DNA of 64,000 bases from NCBI RefSeq assembly GCF_009914755.1, contig NC_060939.1; one strand, given 5' to 3'. The notes under the pieces are model-generated. The model made no database searches, was not told where the DNA came from, and worked only from the letters and a program-made list of their open reading frames with translations. The position numbers and the translations under genes were made by a program. Positions 27,301 to 41,606 of this stretch are shown here, piece after piece. The stretch comes from the human T2T-CHM13v2.0 reference genome, Homo sapiens. Position 1 is the first letter of the stretch; every line of letters starts with the position of its first letter.

Positions 27301-30300
27301 CTCAATAAGTGGTGTCTGCTGGGGATGCGGCGCCACCTTTCAGAGAGGCAGAATGTGAGGTTTCAGAGCGTCCATGTAAGTCTTCCCAAGCCACACAGCT
27401 AGCCTGCCCCTGCCCCCCACCTGCCCGTACCACCCCCAACAGGGGAGGAACCAGGTCTCCATCACCCCTACCCTGATGACATCCTTCCCCACAGCGGGAT
27501 TCCCTTCCCCTAGCTTCTCCCAGCTGTAAAATCACAACTGTAAATAACACCAGATCCCAACAGGATGTTTTGAGAATTAGCGAGAGGAGGCTGTAAAGCT
27601 CTCAGGAAGAGGAAAACACTCCAGGAATGTCAACTATACACGCCTGGGCTCTGCTTCCTGCAGAGTGGCCCAGGCAGGGCTGCCCCCCACTGTCTCCCCG
27701 CACTGGGTCTGGGGTGAGCACAAGCCCAAGATGGGGTGAAATCATGCAAGGCTGAACTCTCAAAGCACAATGAATCCACCCCCGTCCCCACTGAGTGAGT
27801 CTCTGAGGGGCCAGCCTGCCTCAGGCTGGTTTTGGATAGCAAAGAAAGAGACTGACGGAATCCTGACAGTAACTGCAGTTTCTACTGAAAAGGTGCTTGG
27901 CTGGTGAAATGTCAAAGCTCTTCAAAAGCATTTTGAGCAGGTTTCTCCCCGAGACTTGGCATGAGCGAGGAAAACCTCGGAAGCGGTTGAAACCTGAAAC
28001 AGCAGAGTGTTAGACAACAGTGAAAACACCCACTCCCTGTGCCGTCGCTGGGAAACAGGAAATGCTTCCCAGACACCCCCTCCCACGCCCCCTGCGACGC
28101 CTGCTTTCTTCCCGGCAGTCTCAGCTTCAGGGGTCCCTCCTTCCTCTGAATTCGCGGCCTGCTGACCTGCATATTGTGGCTGGGACCTTCTAGCCAGGGA
28201 ACCAGGAGGCTGAGGTGACCCCCGATGGCCTGCAGGGGCCGGGTCGCCTCCAGAGCTCTTGGGGACTGAAGCGCAGAGGAGACTGCGGGCAGCTCTCATC
28301 CTCTTTCCTGGGGCTGGAGCTGTTCCCTGTGGGTAACTTTGCTTCCCACCATCCACTGCAAAAGCTGCAGTGAGACAGCTGCCCCACGCCATGCCGCCAT
28401 CACGTGTGGGTACCCAACCACGGAACGCACCATTTATGGGGACTGAAGCACACTCGAGGGACTGTTCTTCGAACACGTGAACACTTTACAGGCCCATATA
28501 AGAAATGAGATTCTGATGAGAGAAGAGGCTGATGACTGCCCCAGATGGTGATTGTGAAAATAACGATGATCAAAAGCCCCTACTGGGCATTTCCCCTGTG
28601 CCAGCACTGGGGTGAATGCTATGCTTGGATGCCATTCACTCCTCAATCAGCCCTATGAGGGCTACCCCTAAACTCATCTGATGGCGGATGATGCCCACAC
28701 AAGGTGAGATGGGGACAGCAGTAGGGCTGGGTTGTGAACCTGTGTTGTCTTAACCACCTGCCCTGCTCTGAGGTCAATGACAAAAAAGCACTCCTTAGGG
28801 ATGATGTCTTCTGACTTACCAGCCACATGCAGGCAGTGATTAGAACCTAGACTGTGGTGGAGACGGGGCATGGGATGACCAGGCTTCCCCGCTCTCTGAT
28901 CTCTCACTCCCTGCAAAGGCGGCTGGTTTGACAAGGGACACTGAGCAAATGGAGGGACGGCAGGGGACCCAGGAGATGGAGGCACTGGCCTTTGGACCAT
29001 TCGGCATGGCCCTGCGGCCCGCCTCACTTCCCCGCGGCCACCCCTCCTGGCAATTTCCTGGGACCTCGCTGCTCTTCAGCAAGCTCACTGCTCTCATGTG
29101 AGCATGGCCCAGGTCTCGGACTTCTCTCTGTAAAGCACGGATGGCCCAGCGGCGGGCTCTGTGGACTCACACACAGTGTTCCACACCAAAGAAGTGTCTG
29201 TCCCCGCTCCTTTTTGCCCCTGCCCAGAAAAGCACTGAATTTTGGTCACTGCCTTTCACGGGCTGCTCACATTCCTGGGAGTGATGGTGAATGGAGGATC
29301 TGCCTCTCTTGATCTGGATGCAGAGTGCTGGCTGCTGCCATGGCACAGTTTCATGTGTCCCAGAAAAGGGCCCCAGGGTCCCCAGTGCCTTGTGCACTTG
29401 ATTTTTGATGGTCAAATATTCTTCAATAAGGACTCAACTTTTACTTTCACAATTAAGGGGAGGCTAAACATGCAGGATCTCCTAGAGAGATAAGAGATTT
29501 ACACTAAAGTGTAAACGACTGACTCAAAGCCTTTGGGGGAGCAGATTGTGATGGACGTCATGGGCTGGGGAGAGAGCAGACAGATACTTGACTTAATAAC
29601 GACCACATGAGCATCTTAGAGCTCAGCTCCTTCTTGTTTCAAATTCGGAATCTAAGCCTCTGACATGATCTTGCACTTGAAGCCAAGGTGGATTACCAGC
29701 TCTGCCATTTTCTAGTTGTATGACTGTGAAGAAAGCCATATCACCACTCTGAACCTCAGCTTGCTCATCTGTAAAATGGGGACAGATGGGTGAGGGTCCA
29801 ATGAGATACCCTGAGGGAACGTGCTTTGTAAATTCTAAAGCAACGGCAAATGTCACGGGCCAATATCACTGATCCCAATAAAAGTAGTCTTACCCTCTAC
29901 CTGCACCCACCCCCAGCTGTGGCTCCCCAGGCAGGGGCTGTCTGGATCCCACAGTGCTGACTTCATACCTGCCCAGTGGGACTCAGCATGGGCCACTATA
30001 GCCAGCTCCTTGTCTGTCTCCCTTTAGGCCAAGTCACTGTCCACTCTTGTACCACCAGCACAGGGTCTGGCATAGAACAGTAACTCCAGAAATGCCGGCT
30101 GAACTGAAGTGGCTTGGCCACATGCCCACAGCAAGTGGGGGCCACAGCCAGGCAGGCAGGCCTTGCAGGGTGGGGCAGGGGGGTTCAGGCCCCACCAAAG
30201 CAAGTGCAGGCCTCAGAGATGGTGTGTCCACATTGAAAACTGTCTGTAACTACCCTCTCGCGTGATACAAGGTTCGTTCATTGTTAAGGTCATGGAACTC

Positions 30301-31331
30301 AAGCCTGTATCTCCTTGCCTAGAACACAGAAAGGCATCTAACAGCTGGGTTTCTGGGGAGCACACAGACATAGCAAAATACACATGAACTTGACCTCAGA
30401 CTGATTCTCCCTGACTTCCTCCTAGGGCTCAGAGCACACAGATCCTTGAACATGTATTGCATCATTTGATTCGAAAGGCCTCTGAGGCACTGCTATCTCC
30501 ACATCACACACAGAAAGAAGGCTGGCTTGGGCTGTCAGGGTGCTCAGAGGCCTTGCAAGTCAGATCAGCCCCTTCCACTGGCACCAGGGGGTCAACGATC
30601 ACTTTCTTCTTTTCAGTATAAGGGAACACTGTTCTCTTCCCTTGGTCTGTTAAGTCATGGTTTTCTTTAAAAACATCATCCATTATAATCCCTCCAGAAT
30701 GTGTTTTTCATTGGAAACATCCCATCATTTCAGTGGTGATTAATGCTCAGAAATCATGCTATCTAGAAAGAAAGGAGATTTCCTCCTCCCCAATTTTAAG
30801 GGCCCGCCACCCCCAGAGTGGAATACATAGACCCGGCATTCAGTGGGTGAAAACAACGATCAGCATTGTTTTCTGGAAAGAGCTACTATCCCGGGTGGGA
30901 AGGCAGCTGCAGGTCATTTTTCAAACATACCAGAGTGATAGGAGTGCCCTAGGCAGAGATGGGAACGTGATGTGTGTCCCTCATACACGACCCTGGTTAG
31001 GGTTTGGCTGCTGGCCAAGGTCAGGATGAGGGCTAGGGGCAGGGAGAGAGGGGCTCCATCTTCCCTAGGGGCCTGCCCACCTCCCCAAGGCTCTGAGTGG
31101 CAGGAGTGCTCAGCCATGCCTGGGCGTCCTCCCCCAGCTAGCACCTGCAGCATGCTCTTGGACTGGCCCATTCCTCACCTCCTTGGAAACAGTCTCATCT
31201 TTCTCAACAGCACCTTGGGGTGAAGTGAGAGGAGACTGCTTGGATGGGGATATCGAAGCTTCCATCTGCTGGAAGATTGCCCCTTTAAGCTCCCTCTACT
31301 GCAACACAGTGAGCGGAACACCTGCTTAGCA

Positions 31332-31355
31332 TGCTGCTGCTGCTGCTGCTGCTGC
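31332..31355. repeat. (TGC)8 trinucleotide microsatellite
   Basis: Eight uninterrupted TGC units, intronic. Confidence 0.92.
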
Positions 31356-32157
31356 GGTGTTTGCCTCCCAAGACCTCGAAACTGGACAACTGGTTACATT
31401 AACAACCTTCCACAACTACAGTGATACACGGATAGTGTTCAGCCTTCTCTCTGCTTTCCTTTTGGGCACTTTGTCTGCTGCCTTCAAATGCCAGCACATG
31501 ATGAGGTTTGGTGGCTGGTTACAGGAAGGAAGCCCTGGGTGACTGGTTTAAAAAGGCAGTGGAACCCATGGGTGCAACCATGGCACCATCTGCAAGCTGG
31601 ACAGCAAAGATGACACATAAACCATACGGCAAACGTAAACAGTCCGAATCAGACAAAAACGCTCGGGAAGCCTCATCCCATGGAATCTAATTAGAGAGGT
31701 CTGGTCTCCAGGGAGTAAGGACATGGGGTCCCCACCACCACCCTAGGGAAATGTATTCTTCCCACTTCTCCAGAGAAGGCAGAGAGGGAAAACGGGCAAG
31801 TTTCTCTATCTGGGGAGAGGGTAGTGAGGGGCAGGTGGTGGTGGTGGGGAGGTGCCCAGCCCCCAACTCTCCTGGGTGATGGCAGCAGGAGGGTGGGTGG
31901 TGAGGTCCACAGTTGGGGTCGGGGTCTCTTGGTTCATGTCTATGCAGCCCCCACTGGCATGCTCCTGGTACACCATACACACACATGGTGCCAACTCCAG
32001 TTTAATGTCCCTGCAGGCCCTCTCTGCTTGGTAAAACCAACCTTCCCCCAGCTCAGCCTCAGGCTCAGGCTCTGGCTGGGGGCCCTTGCTAAGACCTCTC
32101 CATAACAGCTCGGTGCACACAATGGGATGCCATCTGATGCCAGCTCCAGACAGTGGC

Positions 32158-32558
32158 TGATACAGTTTGGGTGTTTGTCCCACCAAATCTCATGCCGAAA
32201 TGTGTCCCCCAACGTTGGAGGTGGGGCCTGGTGGGAGGTGTCTGGGTCACGGGCACGAGTCCCTCAGGAATGCCTTGATGTCCTTCCCACGGTCATGAGT
32301 GGGTTCTTGCTCTGTTAGTTCACCAAGAGCTGGTTGTTTAAAAAAGTCTGGGGCCTCTGCCCTCTCTCTCCCTCTTTCACCATATGACATGCCAGCTCCA
32401 CCTTCTACTGCAAGTAAAAGCCTCCTGAGGCCTCCCCAGAAGCAGATGCCAGCATGGTGCTTCCTATACAGTCTGCAGAACCATGAGCCAAATAAACCTC
32501 TTTATCAATGATCCAGTCTCAGGCATTCCTTCACAGCAATGCAAAGTAGATTAATATA
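32158..32558 (+). mobile_element. MaLR solo LTR (MSTB-like)
   Basis: tgatacagtttgggtgtttgtccc...ccatgagccaaataaacctcttt...cagcaatgcaaagtagattaatata. Confidence 0.85.
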
Positions 32559-34029
32559 GCAACCAAGATGTCACAGAGGCCCTCACATCCCACAAATCCC
32601 TTTTGTTCTTACTGCAGGGACAGCTTGTCAAACGGGCTGTGGCAAAAGTGGGCACAGTGACTCCAATACCTCACTCTTCTGAAAGCCTGGAAGTGTTCTT
32701 CACAGCATGGCTGGTGAAGAGAGGACGGCCAGGCAAAAGGCTCCATCTTACCTGACAGGCATTCCCGGAAGGCTGAAGGTCCTGTCTGGGGAAACCTGCA
32801 CAGTGTCCTTGGCCAGGGAGGGACCCCAAACAGCAGAGGAGGGAAGGCTCATGGGCTGAGTGAGCCACGTGATGCATGAGCACCAGGTCTTGGGCAGGGC
32901 TGCTGAGTGTCCCACATGTTATTCCCATTCATGTTTTGGTTGTTTTGCAGCTCCTTGTACCAGGAAGGTCAAGGTATGTACAAAAGCAAAAGTGTCCAGC
33001 GAGTCCTCAGAACAGGAATGGTGATGCTGAGGACAGCCAGGCCTTGGAGCCCAAAGACCATCTACAGGACGCCCCTTAGCTCTCCTACCCAATCCCTTCT
33101 TGCTTGGTTTCCACCAAGTAGCCTGAGCACTGAACTGGGTCCAGGAGCTTGGACTCTGCCGGGGGGTGTGGGCGAGTCACGGAACTGCTCTGAGCCTCTG
33201 TTCCCTCTTCTGTGCAGCAGGGGTGACAACCTTGGCTGGAGGGGACCAGTGACATGACGCACAGGGGTACCCCACAAAAAGGAAAGCAGTGCTAGGTGCC
33301 CCGACCCCAGATGGGCAGATGTGGCCCAAGCCTAGAACTGACCACTTCTTGCCTCCACTCCTGCCCCGGACCCCTGTGGGCACAGGCGCCAACAATAGTA
33401 CAGGCTGCATTTAGGGCGTGACCGCTAGGACCCTTCCAATTCCCTGATGACAATGACAGCTTTATTCCAGTTCACATCTGAACACTCAGTGTCCAAACAA
33501 TGCTACCCTGCCTGTTACTGTGCTGGGCAGCTTCCCCTTCTACACCTTCTGGACTCTCCGTAACCATGCAGGCATGAGGTAATCATCAGTTCTTCAGATG
33601 ATCCCGAACATCTGCCAGTGTGTTACTTATGGATCAGAACCTGGTCTGTTGGTAGCTCACCTACAGTCTTTGGGCTAGGATCAGTGACCGTTTTCAAGCT
33701 AGGTCTGGATGTGCTTGGACAGAGAATTTCTCAGTGTTGTCTATAAAAGGCCAGAAGCCCTACTGATAAGACAAGGTGAGGTCAGATCAGAATGGGTTAT
33801 AACCCTGGGGACTGTGCCCCAGAACCGTGTGAACATTGGGTGGTGGATTTTGGGCAATGAAATGAAATGGGTTTAGTTGTCCAAGTACTTAGACATATAT
33901 ATTAGCATCTTGAAACCTCTAAGCATCTCTGAGAAACAGGCAGGGTCAGTGTTTATGATTCCCATTTCAGAGATAAAGAGAGGTTAAGGCACACAAGTAG
34001 AGAGTCAGAGCTGTAAATCAGCCCCTTAA

Positions 34030-34380
<351 letters not shown>

Positions 34381-34869
34381 TGAAGTTAAGTTTCTCTGCC
34401 AGTGAAAGATACATCCTGGCAGCTCCATACTAAGCTTTATTAACATCCAAGTAACTGTGTGACGTCCCTGTTTGGTTTTGGGGAAACTGGACTGACAGCC
34501 TCAGTTCTATTGCCTTGGTCAGATGTTTTGACCAGGGAGTAAATAGGAAGGAGGTGTTTTAGGTCCTTCTCAAATTCACTGTTAATCCAGAATAATAGGG
34601 TACCTTAGCACTACCAGGCAAACTGGGAATTGGGAAATTTGGCTTTTTTTTTTTTTTTACTCAAAGGGTTTGGGGAACTTTGTGTTCTGACTTGGGCTGA
34701 TGGGAAGGTGGTAGCATTTCTGCAGGGATCAGATTCTGATAAATTTTGCCTTCCAATGGAAAACCCATTTTTCCTTCCGTAAAGCACAGGCAGAAGCAAA
34801 ATTACCTGCCTGAGCCATGTTGCCACATTTTCATAGCGAAGCCAAAACCTAAATTTTCAAATGAAATTT

Positions 34870-36206
34870 CAGAAATAATGCCACACATCTACAACCATCT
34901 GATCTTTGACAACCCTGACAAAAACAAGCAATGGGGAAAGGATTCCCTATTTAATACCCGGTGTTGGGAAAACTGGCTAGCCATGTGTAGAAAACTGAAA
35001 CTGGACCCTTTCCTTACACCTTGTACAAAAATTAACTCAAGATGGATTAAAGACTTAAACCTAAGACCTAAAACCATGAAAACCCTAGAAGAAAACCTAG
35101 GCAATACCACTCAGGACATAGGCATGGTCAAAGACTTTGTGACTAAAACACCAAAAGCAATGGCAGCAAAAGCCAGAACTGACAAATGGGATCTAATTAA
35201 ACTAAAGAGCTTCTGCACAGCAAAAGAAACTAGCATCAGAGTGAACAGGCAACCTACAGAATGGGAAAAAATTTTGCAATCTATCCATCTGACCAAAGGC
35301 TAATATCCAGAATCTACAAAGAACTTAAACAAATTTACAAGAAAAAACCAAACAACCCCATCAAAAAGTGGGTGAAGGATATGAACAGACACTTCTCAAA
35401 AGAAGACATTTATGCAGCCAATAAACATATGAAAAAAAGCTCATCATCACTGGTCATTAGAGAAATGCAAATCAAAACCACAATGAGATACCATCTCACG
35501 CCAGTTAGAATGGTGATCATTAAAAAGTCAGGAAACAACAGATGCTGGAGAGGATGTGGAAAAATAGGAATGCTTTTACACTGTTCATGGGGAATGTAAA
35601 TTAGTTCAACCATTGTGAAAGACAGTGTGGCGATTCCTCAAGGATCTAGAACCAGAAATACCATTTGACCCAGCAATCCCTTTACTGAATATATACCCAA
35701 AGGATTATAAACCATTCCACTATAAAGACACATGCACACATACGTTTACTGCGGCACTGTTGACAATAGCAAAGACTTGGAACCAACCCAAATATCCATC
35801 AATGATAGACTGGATAAAGAAAATGTGGCACATATATACCACGGAATACTATGCAGCCACAAAAAAGGATGAGTTCATGTCCTTTGCAGGGACATGGATG
35901 AAGCTGGAAACCATCATTCTCAGCAAACTAACACAGGAACAGAAAATCAAACACTGCATGTTCTTACTCATAAGTGGGAGGTGAGCAATGAGAACATATG
36001 GACACAGGGAGGGGAACATCACACACCAGGGACTGTCGTAGGGTGGGGGGCTAGGGGAAGCAGTACATTAGGACAAATACCTAATGCATCTGGGGCTTAA
36101 AACCTAGATGATGGGTTGATGGGCGCAGCAAACCACCATGACACATGTATACCTGTGTAACAAACCTGCACTTTCTGCACATGTACCTCAGAACTTAAAA
36201 AAAAAA
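34870..36206 (+). mobile_element. 5'-truncated L1PA element (ORF2 3' end, 3'UTR, short A tail), antisense to ADAMTS17
   Basis: ORFs 34746, 35261 and 35625 are frameshifted L1 ORF2 C-terminal fragments ([20 protein letters not shown]; [20 protein letters not shown]). G-rich 3'UTR; ends cagaacttaaaaaaaaaa. Confidence 0.95.
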
Positions 36207-37064
36207 TGCTAGCCACTAATTCCAACATGTTTAAGATATTCTGCAGGCTGAGCAAAAACCAATGGCTCTAGGTCAGCAGTTGGCAATCTTTGAGGGAAGA
36301 GCTATCAGGAGAAGCAAGCAGGAGTTTTTCAGTTGCTAAGACCATACAGAAGGACAAACACGGTCTATGCTTACAGGAGGAGTGGTACAGATTTTGTGAG
36401 AAGAGTCTAGAAAACCCACTAGAAGGTTCTTACAGGTGGCAGTGGGGCTCACCTTGGTCCCCAGAAAACAGGAATCATTCAAATATATCAGATGAATGAA
36501 TAAAAGAGGAGTTAAACAACAAAGCATTTTCTTACCTGGAGAAACATTCAGTGGCCCTTTATTCACCCTTGCTCTCGGGAGTGCTGACCCGGCGGTTCTG
36601 TGATACTCCTCCCTGCTACCACCCCATGGCCCCCTGCCCTGTCTGTCCCTGCATCTCCAGGCCCTTGCCCAGGGGTCCCGGGAGTGAATGGAAGTGATGT
36701 TTGCCCCAAGTGTCCCCATGGCAGGAGGCTGGGGCCTGCCAGCACACCGCACAGCATGGCAAGCCTGGCATCCAGGGCACCCGCGTCCTGCCTTGGGCTG
36801 CGTTTCGGGTTCCTTCTGCATGCACGTGAAGCAGTGGGGTTCTCCCAGTGAGCCCCAAGGGGCAGTGCTGGTGCAGCCTGTGGGAGAAGCAGGGGAGGAA
36901 GCACACGGGGTCTTGGGTAGTTGCAGCGGGTGGAAGGAAAATGAATTTGCCTAGTTACGCTGGGACTGCCGCGTAGAATTGGGACCCGTCACAAGAGCTG
37001 AGTTCCCGACCCTCGAGCCCCCTGCACTGCGGCACGGAGAGAAATGCCAGCAGGCTGCTCTCAC

Positions 37065-37217
37065 CGTAGACCAGTCCCCAGTTTTCCACTCGTAGCAGCC
37101 TGAGTAGTCCTCGCAGGCCTCCTCGGCTCTCGGCCTCGTGGATGCGTCGCATTTCCCTTGTGAGTTGGTGCACGCCACGGTCCGTTTCCACACCCCTTTA
37201 CCACAGCTGGCAGAGCA
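37065..37217 (-). CDS. ADAMTS17: ADAMTS17 coding exon (probably exon 20), TSR
   Basis: gtcttgcag|TGC TCT GCC AGC TGT...TGG TCT ACG|gtgaga; 153 nt, phase 0 to 0. Encodes [51 protein letters not shown]. Confidence 0.96.
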
Positions 37218-38342
37218 CTGCAAGACACCATTCAAATATTTAACCGAGTTCCAATTCGATTCAAGTCCATCAACAGCTATTAACTCCCTCCAATGTGCCA
37301 GGTGCGGTGTGGGGATGATACAAAGATGAAAACCCACACTTCTGTCCTCAAAAAGCTCCTGGTCTGCAGGGTCTTACGCACGTGGTCCCAGCTGGGGCCC
37401 CAGCCGAGTGGCCAGTGTTGTGGAAGGGACCTAGGAATCAGGAGTGGGAAGAACCTGGGGTACTCATAAGGTCACATGAGGGGAGTGGAATTCAGTGGCC
37501 ACTTGTCGGGTCCAAAAGCTCAAGGCAATACGTGAGCTCGAAGGGCAGGTGTGTGATGGAGCCATGAGTGGGGCAGGGAACAGGGGCCAGCCGGAGCAAG
37601 GTGAGGCCCTAAAGCTGAGTCCCAGGCCCCAGATCTTTCCAGCTGGCCTCCAGGTGCACATGCTGTGCTTGGACCAGCCTGGGACAAACTCCTCGATCCA
37701 GCCGGGAGAAGGAGGAGGAGGCGGCAGAAGGAAGGAAAAGCCACAGATGACTTTCTCGTGAGGCAGGTGGAAAGCCTTTGCAGAGAGCTCCAGTGAATGT
37801 CTGAATGCAGACACCAAGAATGGTGACAGACGCATGGCCCCTGTGGTAGTTTACTTACTTGCAGGAGACCTGGCAAGGGGCAGTGGGGATGGGACCTGGG
37901 CAGGGCCTGGGGGTGATGAATGATGTGCCTGCCCTCAAGAGTTCAGGATTCCCAGCAGCAAGAAGGAGCGAAGAGGCAGGGGGCATGACAGGGTGTCAAC
38001 ACAGCAGACAGGCACTCTGGAGTGCGTCTGGAGCCTGCTCCTGACACGCCCACCACAGAACTTGGGGAGGGACGGTGCCCGGGCTGGCAGGAGAACTTAC
38101 CATCTCCAAAAGCAAAGCAGAAGGAAGCCCAGGCCGAGCTGACCCACAGCCTCGGGAAGACAAAACTCACAAACAAGTTGGCCCTGGGAGCCCTGTCCCT
38201 GACACAGGCGTAAACATATAACTTGGAAAGATGGTGTGCAGGAGGCTGCAGTCTGCTAAGGCGGTTTCATACTTGCTCAGTTTACCACAAATATGGCAGG
38301 CGACAGCACTGACTTTCTTGAGTTATAACAAACTCAACTTTA

Positions 38343-38528
<186 letters not shown>

Positions 38529-38538
38529 TTATTCCTGA

Positions 38539-38882
<344 letters not shown>

Positions 38883-40071
38883 TCTTTCTTACGAATTCAA
38901 TTCAGCTCTTTGTCTAAAGATCCCATGGGGTTTTCTTTCAAGGCTAATTAAGGCTGGTTGGAAATGCACATGCTTCAGAACTGGCTGCAATGTCCCCTGC
39001 AGGGAGTGGGGAGAGTAGCTGTGTGTGGAGTGTAGAGCTGGTTTAAAGGGTCCCCGGATGCCAGGGGTCCGTCCATGGTGGGCTTTGCATGCAGGAGCAG
39101 GGGTAGGAGGCTGATTGCAGTGGACTTTACATGCAGGAGCTTGGGCAGGAGGCCCGGGGCACTGCACTGCAGGGCTACCCCTTGCTTCTCTGTGTGGCAA
39201 GGTTTCCTGACCATTTCAGCAACTCTGTCCTCACTGTCTGACTTGTGGGCTACCCCTGGCACCAGCATCCACACAACTTGCTCCTCTGCAACCAGGAACC
39301 CATGCACCATTTCTGCCTAAGTTCACTCTTGCCTGGCCTCTATTTTGCATTGCTCACCTCCTCCCCTTGAATTTCAAGCTCTGAATGTCCAGCCTATTTC
39401 TTAACCAAACTCTGACCAGCAACCCATTCTCCTGAAGCCTTTGTCTGAGCAGTGCTGCAGGCTGCTGAGGACGGCTCCAGCTCCAAAGGGGCCTAGGAGG
39501 GTGCCCTTCGGTCTCTCTCTTTGCTTCCCATCAGGGGCGGGGCCTGCAAGCTGAGGACAGGAGAAACGCACTACCTTTTCCTTCCTTCTGGATATTTGAT
39601 CCTTCTTCTAATAAAGTCGGGAAGAAGCTGGGGAGTAGGTAGTGAGAGCAATCAACACAGCTGGTTGGATAAAAGCGACCACGTCAATAAAAACTCTCCC
39701 TTAAGAAACTGAAACCCATCTGCTTCCAGCGGAAGACAGTCTCACTTTGGGACTTCAGCACGTGGGAAGCGGCAGAAGTACCAGCTTCGCGAGCTTCCCA
39801 TGGGGAATGATTTGATTCCAGGTTAAATGTTCAGAAGGAAGCATTTTGCTCAAGCCTGGGCTAAGCCAGAGTTAGGCTGACTGGTGTGGTGCTCGTTCGG
39901 GATTAGGATTAGGTATGCACATAGATACAGACACAGAGAAATTTCTTTAAATCTTGCTCCCATTGTCTCACATTTTCCAAACGTAGAGATCTTCAGGGCT
40001 GTAATGATAATTGATGATGTCAGACTTGGTGGGGAAGCATTGTTTTCCCCCATAAAAAGAGTCTGAGTGGA

Positions 40072-40271
<200 letters not shown>

Positions 40272-41401
40272 CTGAGTGGAAAATTTATGGTTTTGATCTG
40301 ATCAAAGCACAAGTCTTACTTCGATCAAGAGCCAGGCAATTAAAACCCAAAGGCTCACCTAGAGTACTGGAAAGGGGAGGGGACTGAACACCTGCCTCAA
40401 CCCTTCCAGCAAGGGGCCAAAAAAAATCCCTCTAATGTTAAACTGACAAACGTAAGCATAGACAAAGACAAAAAAATCAAACAACAAAATCTCAAACTCT
40501 CTTTTCCTAAAATATCATAAAATGTAGGACTAAAAATCCTGATCTATAAACAAATACATGCCAAGATCTGTTTGAAAATTAACCTTTGTTTTAGAGCAGC
40601 CAATGGCAGACTTTTCCTTCATTAAAAATGGGCGGAATACTTTTTTATTCAAAATAATTCCAACTGTTTGGCAATAGAGGGAACTTTAAAAAATTTTCCA
40701 CACTGAAGAGTGTCTTGGATGAGCGTCTCTGAGTTTTCTAGACTACGCTGGTGGAAGACCTGAGGGAAGCCTGCCCTTTATTCAGCTATTTTTTTTTTTG
40801 TAGTTTTATAGCCAAACAGTCAAAATCATTAACACAAAGTCAATGCAAAGCCCTGAAGGATGACATCACCAGAGATAAAATTGTACTCCCAGGACCAACC
40901 TTCAAAGTTAAGACTTAAGGCTTAATCCACTTCTTTCCAAAACATTTTATGGCATGAGATTTGTAACTCCAACTTGCACACTAAAAGCTGTCCCTCCTGG
41001 CATCTGACTCTCGTAATCTACAAAGACTGCTGGGGGATTAAAGGCAAACCTTTGAAACCACCTTCCCAGCCTGAGCACACCACAGTTAAATACACCCAAA
41101 GGAGAATTAAAAAGTCGGTCAGTATCTGTCTATCCTATCTTGATGTGAGAATTTTCATAGGAAATGGGATCAAACAGTCCTTCACTGTGGTGTTGACATG
41201 TACATCATCAGAGACATGGTATCTATGTTTCCGCAGCCAGGCTGTTATCTGAGATGGAAATTAAGAACACATGAGCTATAACACAACTTCAAGCTGACCT
41301 GGGGGCGAGCGAGGGCTGGGAGGCACCAGAATGTCACCAATACCATGGCACCGTGTTGGAGTCCCTGTGGCTGAGTCCTGGTGGCAAGCCCAGGCACCCA
41401 C

Positions 41402-41606
41402 CTGTGACCACTCAGACGCCTCCCAGATGGACAGGCAGTCCTGGCCTTCACAGCTCTGCACTGCCGCCGGCCGGGGGCCCGGGCAGTAGAGGGGCCGCGT
41501 AGCGACGTGTGTGCCGTTCTGCAGCTGGTACACGCAGGTCACCTCCCGGTGCTGGAAGCCTTTCTCACAGGTCGCCGAGCAGGGGCTCCACGGGCCTGCC
41601 ACCCAC
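41402..41606 (-). CDS. ADAMTS17: ADAMTS17 coding exon (probably exon 19), TSR
   Basis: Minus strand reads ctcccgtctggcag|G TGG GTG GCA...TGG TCA CAG|gtgggt; 205 nt, phase 2 to 0. Encodes [24 protein letters not shown]...[17 protein letters not shown], with the TSR WSxCSxTC motif. Confidence 0.96.

Noticed and set aside
27322-27345. CTCF-like AGGTGGCGC core (similar partial matches near 5236 and 17316)
   Set aside because: The 5' half of the motif matches poorly; not supportable without a PWM scan or ChIP data.
27922-28476. 184-aa minus-strand ORF, and similar ones at 43642-44226, 46383-47012 and 51472-52035
   Set aside because: No domain motifs, several use non-ATG starts or overlap repeats; expected by chance in GC-rich DNA.
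34746-35984. ORFs with clear protein-like sequence
   Set aside because: Frameshifted L1 ORF2 fragments, not a host gene.
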